The notes under the pieces are model-generated. The model saw only the letters and a program-made list of their open reading frames with translations, was not told the DNA's origin and ran no database searches. Shown here piece after piece: positions 37,261 to 50,266 of a stretch of 64,000 nt of DNA. The translations under genes were made by a program, and so were the position numbers. The stretch is from NCBI RefSeq assembly GCF_006345805.1, contig NC_043004.1, positions 97,526,001 to 97,590,000 on the forward strand, given 5' to 3'. Source of the DNA: Octopus sinensis (lineage: Eukaryota). Numbering within the stretch: the stretch's first letter is position 1; the number at the start of each line of letters is the position of its first letter.

Positions 37261-37599
37261 TATATTAGATAAGGAAATTTTATTAAAAAAGAAAGATTCA
37301 CATTGGGTTTTCTGATAATGACACATTCTCATAGGATTCTCTTTGCTTTTATTTTTAATGCAGTTTCTCTTTGGTTTTCGGATATATTTTTGTCTCTTTT
37401 TTGTTTTAGTTCACTATATTTTAAGTAATTTTGTTAAATGCAAACAGAAAATTCTTTGAATTATAAACACCATATTCAAGTGAGACAAAACATGATTTAG
37501 TGTCAATAGATAAACAGATTAAAAATAATATAAAAACAGAGAAAAAATTAGTAACGGCTGAATTTTTCGTGTTTATATATCTAGATAGATAAATATACT

Positions 37600-37793
37600 G
37601 ATAACATAAAATGTCAAGCCACTACACATTCTTTGTTTTCTCTCCTTGTTTCTTTCTGTGTTCCTTTCTGTGGAAGAGCATAGGCTTGAAACGTTAAAGA
37701 CTTTTTCACTTCCTGAGCATTAAACTAATACATCTGTTTGTTGTCTATACCACCTGTCTTTGTCTTTCGGTTTTTTTTTGTGAATTCTCCCCC

Positions 37794-37795
<2 letters not shown>
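37600..37795 (+). mobile_element. PLE-like 3' terminal fragment with a variant hammerhead motif (37664-37699)
   Basis: CTTT-CTGTGGA-A-GAGC-ATAG-GCTT-GAAAC-GTT/AAAG followed by ttcctgagc...; ends at (TA)n. Confidence 0.65.
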
Positions 37796-37821
<26 letters not shown>

Positions 37822-37824
<3 letters not shown>

Positions 37825-38056
37825 TATATTAATTTAGAGATAAAACCACTATTAGGCAAATTGTACAATGAAAAACTTAAGCCAATACATAAGATTAATT
37901 AATTTATATTATTTTAAATATATATCAAAATTATTAAAAAATAATAATTTTGATATATATTTAAAATAATATAAATTAATTAATCTTATGTATTGGCTTA
38001 ATTTTTTCATTGTATGATTTGCCTAATAGTGGTTTTATCTCTAATTTAATATAATA
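37822..38056. repeat. Near-perfect AT-rich palindrome (115-bp arms, 5-nt loop)
   Basis: 37822-37936 vs 37942-38056 reverse complement; 4 mismatches counted by eye. Confidence 0.9.
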
Positions 38057-38394
38057 TAATATTTTACTATAAAATTGGATTCAATCCTAAATCTGATTTT
38101 TCCCTGTAAGTTTGGATTTATTCCCTAATATTTTATTATATATATATATATATAGTCACTAAATGTGACTAAGGTGTTAGAACAGCTACATTGCTAGAAA
38201 TAAGAGCTAAAATACTCTAATGCCCTAATTAAAGCACATAATTGTATACATATGTACTGATAGGAACTGTAACTGCCTGAAAACACCAGTCAAGGAACTG
38301 CTCGAGTCAGCTGATTCCATATTGGGCTGTCCCTACTGATAAGGAAATGTAAGCTATCATTTACATATCCTATCATTTACATAAACTATCAATT

Positions 38395-39200
38395 GATATT
38401 GCTGCACCTCTTATGTGTCCATAGCTTACACTGGATAAACCTTATAGAGTTTCTACCTACACCTTTTCTACAGATCGAGCAGGGCCATCTACCTGAAGGT
38501 ATTAGTGATTTGTCTGCCTTCCTACTTACTAAGATTTAGGTTTTTGCTAGGTTAACTCTAAGGCTCTTCGATTCTAGACCTTGCTTCCACACCTAAAACT
38601 TCTTCCCTAGTTTTGGTAGTAATTCAGCTATTAGAGTAAGTTCATCAGCATAGAGGAGCTCCCAGGAACAGCCTGCCTTTAATTCCTCTGTTATTTCCAG
38701 GAGAATTATGATGAATGATCCTTGGTGAACCCGTACTTCAACCTGGAATTCTTCACTATACTTGTTTCCATCCCTCACCTTACTAACACCATCCCTATTC
38801 ATGGCTTGTACACCCCTCACCAGCCACTCATCTATCCCTAGTTTCTGTATTGACCACCAGATAAGGAGTTGGATGAACCTGTCAAAGGCTTTCTCCGTGT
38901 CAACAAAAACCAAGTGCAGAACATTGGCAAATTTCTTCTTATCTGCTTTCCCTGTAGCTAAGTAAGCCTGTCTCCTAGCTTCTCTTCTGGCTATCTGATA
39001 CAGTTCCTTGCTACCACCACAATTATAGTCCTTCCATGCATATTTCTTTGCCCTAATGTTCCTGTTAACTACATTGTTCCATCACCATGTCACAATAGGA
39101 CAAGAGGAGAATTTGCACCAGCAACAGATCTGGTCAGTAGCCCTCAACAGGTTGCCTTGTAGGAACCCTTAGATGTCCTCTACATTATGTGATGCTACAT
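38395..39200 (-). mobile_element. Decayed RTE LINE RT fragment (same family as 1203-4757)
   Basis: FVDTEKAFDR, VRVHQGS, WELLYADEL and GRWPCSICRKGVGRNSIRFIQCKLWTHKRCS on the minus strand. Confidence 0.88.
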
Positions 39201-40021
39201 CCTCTTCTTTTACATTAAAATCTTGTGCTAGCGCAGAAAACGGACGTTAAATGATGATGATGATGATGATGATATATATATATATATATATACATACACA
39301 CATACACACACACAAATATATACATATATATATATACATGTATATATATATAGATGAATATATAGATTGATAGATAGATATGCATATACATATATATGTG
39401 TGTATATATACACACACATGCATACATACATACATTCATGCATCTATATGAGTGTGCACATATGTGTGTGTGTGTTCTCAGTTTCTGTCCAGTAGTTTCA
39501 TTCAAAAGGTATCGGTCAATTGAAGGCAATAGTAAATGACACTTGCTCAAGTTGCTATGCAGTAGGCTAGAACCCAGAATGATGTGGTTGTGAGGTGAAC
39601 TTCAAAAGCCAAAAGAAAATTAGACTCATTGAGAGACAGAGAGATAAGTAAGAAATATACTTACACAGACATACAGAAAGATCAAAAGAAAGAAAGACAC
39701 AAAGACGAACAGACAGACAGAGATATTATTAAACAAGGTGCCTCAGATATAATAGAGAGAAAATGGGACGCTGTAATGTTTGTAATCTTATGAGCGACAT
39801 TAAGAACATTAGTGAAATTATTCCGTTTGGGAATTCAAAACCAGCGAACTATACTTAAGTATACGGGCTAAAGGTAGATAATTAAATCATCTAGTAACTA
39901 GATACATAGACTTGGACAGATAGAAAGTCAGATTGTTAGATAAGCAGACAGAGAGATGGGTTTAGAAAAGAACTATAGTCGACTAGATAAAGACACAGAC
40001 AATGAGACTGAGAGGAAGATA

Positions 40022-40023
40022 GA

Positions 40024-40078
<55 letters not shown>

Positions 40079-40308
40079 ACGCACACACATACACACACAC
40101 ACGCACACACACAAACACACGCACACACGCACACACATACACACACACGCACACATACGCACACACACATACACACAGACGCACACACACACATACACAC
40201 ACATACATGCACACATGCACACAAACACATACACACACATACACACACACGCACACACACACACAAACAAACACACACGCACGCACACACACACACACAC
40301 ACACACTC
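40022..40308. repeat. (CA)n compound microsatellite
   Basis: Direct inspection. Confidence 0.95.
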
Positions 40309-40470
40309 ATAGATTGGCATGTCCATTGATAGATAGAGATAAACACATTGATAAAGTTAAGTGTGTATATATACGAACATACATTCATAGATACATGTGA
40401 ATAAATAGATATATATACAAAAGCAGACAGACACATGGCAAGATATCTAAATAAGTATATAGGCATTCAG

Positions 40471-40601
40471 GTAGAATAGCCCATTGCCAGGTTTTGAAAG
40501 AGGCTGCATTTAATTCTAGATATTTTGATAAGCTTACAGCACTCGAAGTTTCACACTTGTCTGCAGCTTTTGAAGCAACTAGGAGAGTAGACTATCTACA
40601 C
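40471..40601 (+). CDS. Candidate isolated coding exon, product unknown
   Basis: Open frame GRIAHCQVLKEAAFNSRYFDKLTALEVSHLSAAFEATRRVDYLH between AG acceptors (40470 or 40490) and a GTATGT donor (40602); no partner exons found. Confidence 0.28.
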
Positions 40602-40662
40602 GTATGTGTATGTTATTGTTATGTATAAATAGATATATACTTTGTATGTATGTACAAAGTAG

Positions 40663-41058
40663 ACGCAGGAGTGGCTGTGTGGTAAGTAGCTTGCTTACCA
40701 ACCACATGGTTCCGGGTTCAGTCCCACTGCATGGCATCTTGGGCAAGTGTCTTCTGCTATAGCCTCGGGCCAACCAATGCCTTGTGAGTGGATTTGGTAG
40801 ACGGAAACTGAAAGAAGCCTGTCGTATATGTGTATATATATGTATGTATGTATGTGATTGTGTGTCTGTGTTTGTCCCCCTAGCATTGCTTGACAACCGA
40901 TGCTGGTGTGTTTACGTCCCCGTCATTTAGCGGTTCGGCAAAAAGAGACCGATAGAATAAGTACTGGGCTTACAAAGAATAAGTCCCGGGGTCGATTTGC
41001 TCGACTAAAGGTGGTGCTCCAGCATGGCCGCAGTCAAATGACTGAAACAAGTAAAAGA
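40663..41058 (+). mobile_element. SINE family A
   Basis: Full-length family motifs. Confidence 0.9.
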
Positions 41059-41949
41059 ATAAATAGACATATACTTTGTATGTATGTACACACACACACA
41101 CACACACACATATGCGCATATATATATGTATATATGTACAGCTATATATCCACCTATACCCAATACGTGTGTGCACACACTCATGCATGTATATATATAA
41201 ATATATGTGGATATATCGTAAATCCACATCAGGTTCAGAGAATAGTGTATATACATTACAAACATACAGATAGGCAAGTAAATAGGCAGACGACTGTGTA
41301 AAATGTTCGACATGAAAATATATAGATTAGAGAATTGTTGGTCAAAAGAACAGACAGAGAAATGAAACAGGGAGTCAGATAGATATAGACATCCATATTC
41401 ATATCAATAATAAGATTCAGATATTTATTCTCTACTTGTTTCCCCTGTCCATTTCCTTCTCTCTCTATGCTAATATTTGCCTGACCTTCGACACAATGAT
41501 GAAGGTCAGTTGTAGAGAGTAATATTGAAATAGTGATTCACTTCTTGTATTGCCTCATTGTCAGCAGAAATTATCTTGTTATGGCGTTGATTGTTGATTG
41601 AATGACAGTGTCTCATAATTCTTTCTCCTTGTATACGTGTTAAGGCAAGATAAAAATGACTGGTTCATTATACAAAATGGCTGTCAGTAAGTGATCTTTT
41701 CATCCCGAGGTTTTCGTTGTGATGTAGGAGTCAAGAACTTATTGGTTTGGAAATACTATTGCTGCTTATATTCGTGTTATGGTAACCATTACAAATATTT
41801 TTGTTGTTGTTATAATCTTCATTGTGGCCGATGTTGTCATTGGTGTTGAGTAGGCTTTCATTCAGTGCCATCAGAAAAGACACTATAACACTAGTAGATG
41901 CTAAGGGAACTATATTTCTTAATCAAATTCTTAGTCATTTTTCTTTTTC

Positions 41950-42350
41950 TTTTTCTTTTACTTGTTTCAGTCATTTGACTGCGGCCATGCTGGAGCACGG
42001 CATTTAGTCGAGCAAATCGACCCTGGGACTTATTCTTTGTAAGCCTAGTACTTATTCTATTGGTCTCTTTTTGCCGAACCGCTAAGTGACAGGGACGTAA
42101 ACACACCAGCATCGGTTGTCAAGCAATGCTAGCGGGACAAACACAGACACACAAACATATACACACACACACATATACATATATACATATATACAACAGG
42201 CTTCTTTCAGTTTCCGCCTACCAAATCCACTCAAAGGCATTGGTTGGCCTGGGGCTATAGCAGAAGACACCTGCCCAAGATGCCACACAGTAGGACTGAG
42301 CCCGGAACCATGTAGTTGGTTAGCAAACTACTTACCACACAGCCACTCCT
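41950..42350 (-). mobile_element. SINE family A
   Basis: Full reverse-complement copy. Confidence 0.9.
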
Positions 42351-42567
42351 GTGATAACTTTTTTTTGTTTCTTTTTTGCTGTGAGGGTGATTGTGATGTA
42401 GGGAAATAAATGCATGCATTTTAGAGTCTCAGACATTAAAATCCTGAAGAGCACTCTTTATTGTTGTAGTATTGTTATATAGAATAGATAAACATATTTC
42501 AGGTTTCTGAAAATGTAGCTGTACCCACCATAATGACTAAAGCAATGTTTCTCATGTAGAAATGAAA

Positions 42568-42992
42568 CAGGTGGTGAGCTGGCAGAAATGTTAGCATGCC
42601 GGGCGAAAAGCTTAGTGGTATTTCATCTGCCGCTATGTTCTGAGTTCAAATTCCGCCGAGGTCAACTTTACCTTTCATCCTTTCGGGGTCGATTAATTAA
42701 GTACCAGTTACGCACTGGGATCGATATAATCGATTTAATCTGATTGTCTGTCCTTGTTTTTCCTCTCTGTATTTAGCTCCTTGTGGGTAGTAATGAAATA
42801 GGTATTTTGTCTGCCGTTACATTCTGAGTTCAAATTCCGCTGAGATCGACTTTGCCTTTCATCCTTTCAGGGCTGATAAATTAAGTACCAGTTATGCACT
42901 GGGGTCGATGTAATCGACTTAATCCCTTTGTCTGTCCTTGTTTGTCCCCTCTATGTTTAGCCCCTTGTGGGCAATAAAGAAATAAGAAATGA
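42568..42992 (+). mobile_element. SINE family B dimer (head plus two body units)
   Basis: The first unit ends gaaataggtat and continues directly into tttgtctgccgttacattctgagttc of a second, headless unit. Confidence 0.85.
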
Positions 42993-44029
42993 AACAGACA
43001 AAATTGGAAAATAGATGATATGAGAAAATTTCTATAAAAATGAATGGTGTTAAGGCAAAAAGAATTTCTATATATTCTGGTGGGGCAGATTTGGTTATTG
43101 TCAGTTCAAGAACTACTCTACTCAATAACAGATGTTTTTAAACTGGTACAACTGAATCTCTACTCCCACCCTAAGTGTATTGGGTTTACTTAAGTGTGTT
43201 TTAGCCACGGGTATGGCTGTGTGGTTAGGAAGTTTATTTCCCAACAACATGGTGGCACATTGGGTATCTTCCACTACAGTCCTTTGTCAACAAACGCTTT
43301 GTGATTTGATTTGACTGATGGAAACAGAAAAAAGCCTACTGTATGTATATACATACATATTTGCATACATATATATACACCCCCACATACATGCATACAT
43401 ATATATATATATATACATGTATATATATATATTTCACTATGATAGATTGCCAGCCACAACACATTCTATATTTTTATCTCATTTTACTATCTTTTCTGTT
43501 TCTTTTCCCTCATCCTTTGGGCAAATCTCTGCAACAAACTGTAAACTGTCCTTGTGATGCACCCCTCATTTATGCCTCTGCGGCTAATAAGAAAAAAAAA
43601 TCATTATCAACACCTTCCTCCTCCTCATCATCATCATCGTTGACGTCGCCATCATCGTCGTCATCATCATTATCATCATCATCACCACCATCATCATCAT
43701 TGTTGTCATCGTCAGTGTAGGTGTCGGTATCAATGTCAGCATCAGCATTGGCATGGGATTCAGCGTCATCATGGGCATTGACGTCAGCATTGACATCATC
43801 ATCGTCGTCGTCATCATCATCATCATCATCATCATCACCCTCATTTTCCTAACAGAGGATTTCAGTTCCCACCCCTCAAACAATCTAATCCATTTAAATC
43901 CAGAAGTCCAAGTTTTCGACCATAACGCTCTTTTGGAAGCAACAACTCCTAACACTGAGTATCTGTTTTGTCAACAATGAAACAACTTTCCTTAATCAAC
44001 GACTGGCAGTACTTGAAGACAAGATAGAG

Positions 44030-44250
44030 ACACAATTAAAACGACCTACAAAGCAATTGGCCAGTCAATTCTCAATTATGCAAGTCAAGTGTGGAGTCCA
44101 TCGGTCTCAAACACAGCATACAAGAAGAGGCAAATTGTATAAAATGTAGCTCTTCACATGTCATACATTCCTTTGACCAGATACCCGAAGATCATCTGCA
44201 ATATGTGACAGAAATACTAAATGTGCAAAATGCAACCACACTTGTACAAT
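44030..44250 (+). mobile_element. Decayed I/Jockey-group-like LINE C-terminal fragment
   Basis: KTTYKAIGQSILNYASQVWSPSVSNTAYKKRQIV*NVAL resembles the 'YKA..RS.L.YA..VWSP...LQ..QN.ALR' post-RT motif. Confidence 0.6.
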
Positions 44251-44349
44251 CTGGCTTTATATTACCTTGGTCAGGGCCATAACAAAAGTCACACATCTCA
44301 CCAGTTATCTTTCCTTTCAGACTATATATGAACAAGAAAGTTAACTCTC

Positions 44350-44764
44350 TTTTTCTCTTTTTACTTGTTTCAGTCATTTTGACTGCGGCCATGCTGGAGC
44401 ACCGCCTTTAATCAAGCAACTCAACCCCGGGACTTATTCTTTGTAAGCCCAGTACTTATTCTATCGGTCTCTTTTGCCGAACCACTAAGAGACGGGGACA
44501 TAAACACACCAGCATCGGTTGTCAAGCAATGCTGGGGGGGGGGGGACAAACACAGGCACACAAACATACACGCACACACATATACATATATACATATATA
44601 CGACAGGCTTCTTTTAGTTTCCATCTACTAAATCCACTCAAAAGGCTTTGGTTGGCCCGAGGCTATAGTAGAAGACACTTGCCCAAGGTGCCACGCAGTG
44701 GGACTGAACCCGGAACCATGTGGTTGGTAAACAAGCTACTTACCACACAGCCACTCCTGTGCCT
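44350..44764 (-). mobile_element. SINE family A
   Basis: Full reverse-complement copy. Confidence 0.9.
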
Positions 44765-45120
44765 AGTATTCACAAAATTTAAGGAAAACCTCAGGCAATT
44801 TAGAAATTTGTCAAATAAAGGAGATTCAAAAAATGATGAAGGAAATGATTCATATATGGTAACAGCTATATTAAGAAGCTAACAGCACCTTATATTACTA
44901 AGCGCTTTGTAAGAAAATATTGCCTACCACAGAAGACAAGTGCATTCAAGTTTTTGGTCTGTACTAAATGACTATCACAGTCAAGTAGCTCTAACTTGTT
45001 TTATAATACAAATTATACAGAAATTTCATTCGTTTAAAATACAGTAAATATTGTGCAATTATAAGTTCTTGAGAAACAATGTGACTCTAGAAACACACAC
45101 ATATTCCTATACATATATAC

Positions 45121-45520
45121 AGGTGCAGGAGTGGCTGTGTGGTAAGTAGCATGTTTACCAACCACATGGTTCTGGGTTCAGTCCCATTGCGTGGCACCTT
45201 GGGCAAGTGACTTCTACTATAGCCTCGGGCCGACCAAAGCCTTGTGAGTGGATTTGGTAGACGGAAACTGAAAGAAGCCTGTCGTATATATTTATATATA
45301 TGTATGTGCGTGTATGTTTGTGCGTCTGTGTTTGTTCCCCTAGCATTGCTTGACAACCGATGCTGGTGTGTTTATGTCCCCGTCACTTAGCGGTTCGGCA
45401 AAAGAGACCAATAGAATAAGTACTGGGCTTACAAAAGAATAAGTCCTGGGGTCAAGTTGCTCGATTAAAGGCGGTGCTCCAGCATGGCCGCAGTCAAATG
45501 ACTGAAACAAGTAAAAGAGT
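45121..45520 (+). mobile_element. SINE family A
   Basis: Full-length family motifs. Confidence 0.9.
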
Positions 45521-46159
45521 ATACAGCCATGCACATATACACACACATAAATGAATGCATGCAACCATACACGCTCACATAAACACACAGTTGTTGAAAG
45601 GGGCTTGGAATGAGATTCAGACAGGCGTATACACACAAACATATGCACATACAAATATATATATACTTCTCACTTGAACACAGGTTACACATTAACTGAT
45701 GCATAAGCATATATTTGAGCATAAATATACATACTATGATACGAAGAAACATGTTTTCAGTTCTTACAAGACTGCAGTGAATCTGTGATGAAGATTCTGC
45801 TAATTGAAGTTGACAGGATCAGGATCACATTTCCCATTTGCTAAAGAGTAAATACTGATTTCCCGGCAGAATATTACTGACCCAGTGCATAGAAATAATG
45901 GTGCAGTGTTGCACAGTTATTGACCTAACTGTTCAGATAATTACTAAGTGTTATTCTCATTTCGATATCACAGACAAGTGGAACTTGGGAGCAAACTTAA
46001 GGCGTCTAAAATGCCTCATGAGAAGTTGACGTTGTGGTGCCAGATCGTTTTAAAGTTAATATGTTTACAACAAGTTCTTTCTTTCAATATAATGGAAATA
46101 TATATGCAGAGCTGGCTAGTGATACATAAATCTAAGTAGAGACTACAAACTTGAAATCT

Positions 46160-46590
46160 TCAAAGCCACAGTCGAACCAATTCTACTATATGGCTTAGAA
46201 ACCTGGACGTTATCAAAGAAGCTTGAGAGGCGGTTGGATGGAACCTACACTCACCTCCTAATGAGAGCTCAAAATCTCTCGTGGAAGCGCCATCCAACCA
46301 AAATGCAAATATATGGGAAACTACACCTGTGTCATCTGTTGTGAAAGGTAGGAGAGTCCAGTTTGCTGGACATTGTTGTAGAGCTGAAAAAGAGGCAATT
46401 TCTGCTCTTCTCCTCTGGAAGCCATCTACTCGCAATACCAGAGGGCGCACACTCTCCTACTCTGATGTAATCTCCAGGGATACAGGCATCCAGCAACAGG
46501 ACCTCCGTAATGCCATGATGGACCGTGAAGTCTGGCATAGCATGGTAAATTCCATTGTCTCGTCCACAGTCGAACAATGATGATGATGAG
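46160..46590 (+). mobile_element. 3' end of a second RTE-like LINE family
   Basis: FKATVEPILLYGLETWTL...RVQFAGHC...MMDREVWHSMV...* followed immediately by tgatgatgatg. Confidence 0.8.
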
Positions 46591-46624
46591 AGATACATTT
46601 CAACACTACTATTTTATTCCATAT

Positions 46625-46857
46625 AAGGAGGCATGCTGGCAGAAACGTTAGCACGCCGGGTGAAATGCATAGCCGTATTTCGTCTGCCGTTACGTTCCGA
46701 GTTCAAATTCCGCCGAGGTCGACTTTGCCTTTCAACCTTTCGGGGTCGATAAATTAAGTACCAGTTACGCACTGGGGTCGATGTAATCGACTTGATCCCT
46801 TTGTCTGTCCTTGTTTGTCACCTCTGTGTTTAGCCCCTTGTGGGTAGTAAAGAAATA
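46625..46857 (+). mobile_element. SINE family B monomer
   Basis: ctggcagaaacgttagcacgcc...gtgggtagtaaagaaata. Confidence 0.88.
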
Positions 46858-47689
46858 TATAAGGAGGCATGACTTAGTAGTTAAGGTGTTGCACTCATGA
46901 TTGCGAGTTCGTTGTTTCAATTCCTGGACTGGGAGGTGTGCTGGGTTCCTGAGAAAAACTCTTGCTTGCACGTTGCTTTGTGGTCATTTCAACACCTAAG
47001 AAAAGAACATGATATGCAGGACCCCACACACAGAAAATTGAACAACGTGACCAAATAGTCCGAGATGATGATCCTAAATCATACAAGTAACAAGAGGCAT
47101 CCCAGTTTCTGAGTATAGTTGTTGGCATGATATGAAATCCAACCAATGGTAACCAAAAACTCCTGCTAAGTATTCTAGTTTTAAAGGAGTTCAGATAGTT
47201 CCTAAGGGAATCAGTCATTGTTCAAGTCTTGTAACTGAGGAGAAGGTAGGGAAGACCAGAGAACTATTGATCTAAACTTTTGTCCTCCTGCTCAGAAATC
47301 AGTGCCAGACACTCTTGCTCAGTGAGTCCATACCTGCATCAGCACAACCAAGCCTTTTCAAGACTTTGAACTTGCAGTTAATGCTGATACAAATCATGCT
47401 GCCAAGATAAATGAAGTAGTGAGCAACTTTGAAAATTCTCACCTGCAATAAAGACATATGAGATAGAATCCCCTAGGAAGGTAATGAAAGACTAGATCTT
47501 TGTCTAGACCCAAGAAACTTTAAGGCCAAGTAGTTCTGCTTCCTCATCAAGTGAAAGGAGAGCATTTGAAAGGCTTTAAATCTGAGGGGCGTGAAGGCAG
47601 CTGTCGCATGTGGTATTCATGTAGAGATCATCAAGAAAGGTAGGCCTACTTCAGTCTTGTTCTTGCAGCAGATAATCTGTTCTATTTGG

Positions 47690-48516
47690 AGCAGTGGCAT
47701 CATATGTCTGACTGGAAGAAGGGCATAAATGTCTCCCTCTGGAAAGATAAAGGTGATCACCAAGACTGTAACAACTATAGGGCTGTTACACTTCTTTCAG
47801 GTGCTGAAGGTCTTTGTCAGGGTTTTTCTAAACAGAGTGTGAAACCATCAGTAGCTGGAAAAATCAGGGTTCATGATAAAGGAGTCAATTCCCGACAGGA
47901 TCCTGGCTCTCCATGTACTCATTAAAGGCAGGCAGGGTCTTTGGTAGGGGCTGCTTGCAGCTTACATCAACCTCTGTGAGGAAGTTTGACTTGCTGGATA
48001 TGTATATATTCTGAAGGATTTTGGAAGTGTGAGGTAAGGAGTGGAAAATACTTTCTTGACAAAACCTTTTTTTTCACAAGGAACAATCAGGGTTCATGAT
48101 AAAGGAGTCAATTCCCGACAGGATCCTGGCTCTCCATGTACTCATTAAAGGCAGGTAGGGGCTGCTTGCAGCTTACATCAACCTCTGTGAGGAAGTTTGA
48201 CTTGCTGGATATGTATATATTCTGAAGGATTTTGGAAGTGTGAGGTAAGGAGTGGAAAATACTTTCTTGACAAAACCTTTTTTTTCACAAGGAACAATCA
48301 GGGTTCATGATAAAGGGGCCAACTCCTGACAGGATCCTGGCTCTCTGTGTACTCACTGAATGCAGGCAGGGTCTTTGGTAGGGGCTGCTTGCAGCTTACA
48401 TCAACCTCTGTGAGGAAGCTTGACTTGCTGGATATGTATATATTCTGAAGGATTTTGGAAGTGTGAGGTAAGGAGTGGAAAACACTTTCTTGACAAAACT
48501 TTTTTTTTTCACAAGG
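47690..48516 (+). mobile_element. Decayed RTE-like RT N-terminal region with internal tandem triplication
   Basis: DWKKGINVSLWKDKGDHQDCNNYRAVTLLS and QSGF...DRILALHVL...LLAAYINL-like motifs; units start at 47862, 48085 and 48296. Confidence 0.78.
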
Positions 48517-49754
48517 GATAAAAGTGAGATGGTGTGGCACTTACCAATTTCTCAATGGCATAGCAATAGAAGCTTCTGTAATGTAAAGGTCTGAATACTT
48601 GTTTTGATATACTCTGCAGTAGTTTTCTTAAATAAGCTCAGAGTAATGACTTTAAAGTGGAAGAAGAACGAAGTTAGGTGTCATTCATGACTTTTCTCTT
48701 TTAAAACCCAATAATAGTAATAGTTATAATGCATTTTCTAAACATATGTAGAAATAAAGCTGTAAATTATTCATGAGTTGCCTACTTAGTAATAAGTTCA
48801 GTATTTAAAGCCAGAGAAATCTCAACCACTTCAGAATTTATTCAAATCCTCACTGGGAATTAATTCTTCATTTGTGATTATCTCTTCTATGAGGGCACCA
48901 GTCAAAGTTATTATATTATTCATTTTAATTTTTGGCAATAACAGTGAAAGTCGAATATATGACTTGAAGTCTCGGTTAATTAACACATCGCCTCAGTTAA
49001 ATGACAGGTCAATTTTACTAAATTAGTATATTGCTATGTAGTCTTAGGGCTAGGGAGACGTTTTGAAATTCCTTATGGATATTTAACAAAAGGTCTGAGA
49101 AGGAGAAGGTTCTGTGTAATTCTCCGCAAGCTTCAAAAGGCAACTGGTATTCAATTTAAGAGAGATGTCTGTGTTGTTTCAGGTGTGATAAATTCTCAAG
49201 TGATGTGATCATGTGTGGAGAATTTGATGAAGTGAATTGAATGCAGAAGCAAGATGAGAGGAAATGAGATTAGATGAAATGGTATGGTACACAGATATTA
49301 GCCAAATTGGAAAAGGAGAGAAAAGAGAAAAGAATGATCACATGACGAAAATTATTTGACAGAGAATTGATTAAAGAAGCAGGCTGATGTGGCATAATGA
49401 GAATATTTGTTATTGTTGTTGTTGTTGTTATTGATGATGATGATGATGATGTTGTTGTCATCGTTGTCATTATTGCTGGATAGTTTTAGTTGTTATTGTA
49501 TAGTCCCATGTCAAATCTGATTGAACAGACATATGATCAAAGGGGGTTCCAACCATGACCATCTTATTATATTTCAGACATAGGATATCTAGAACTAGAT
49601 GACCAATTTGGCAGAGTCATTAGAGCATTGAATAGATGGCTTTGTAGTAATTGTTTTGGCTGCTTTCTGCACTCTGAGTTCAAATCCTGTTCAGGTGAAC
49701 TATACCGTTCATCATTTCAGGGTCAATAAATTATTAGTCCTCTACTAAGGATTC

Positions 49755-49804
49755 TTCTTCTTCTTCTTCTTCTTCTTCTTCTTCTTCTTTTTCTTCTTCT
49801 TCTT

Positions 49805-49833
<29 letters not shown>
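49755..49833. repeat. (CTT)n microsatellite
   Basis: Direct inspection. Confidence 0.95.
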
Positions 49834-49835
<2 letters not shown>

Positions 49836-50266
49836 TCTCTCTCTCCCCCTCTCTCTCTCACCCACTCACTTACTCACTCTACTCCTCTCTTTGGAAGGAG
49901 TCAACTGTAGCTAGATCTGAAAATGCCCAAGATAAATCCCCTTTAATACTATCAAGGGGCTAAAGGAAGACCAAGTCATATCTAGAACTATAGTAACTAA
50001 TATAATCTGAGTGAGAGGCAGCTCCTTTTCCTAGCAAGGCAATCGAGCACATAAAGATTGTTTCATTAGCCTGGGTTAGCATTAGTCAACTCTGTTTGAG
50101 TAGATCCACAGAATTTTTGGATGCCCCTTCCAAATTTGCCAAAGGGTCACATATAATAAGTGAAGATCACATTTTAATGATTACAGAGTTTTGTGTGTGT
50201 GAGAGAGAGAGAGGGAGAGAACATTGTTTCATTACGGAAAGAGATAAATAAATAAAAATAAATGCA

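Noticed and set aside
40538-40578. Alternative 41-nt minus-strand micro-exon (ctcctag/...GCT/gtaagc) overlapping the plus-strand candidate
   Set aside because: Too short to evaluate and mutually competing with the plus-strand reading; neither can be decided without RNA data.
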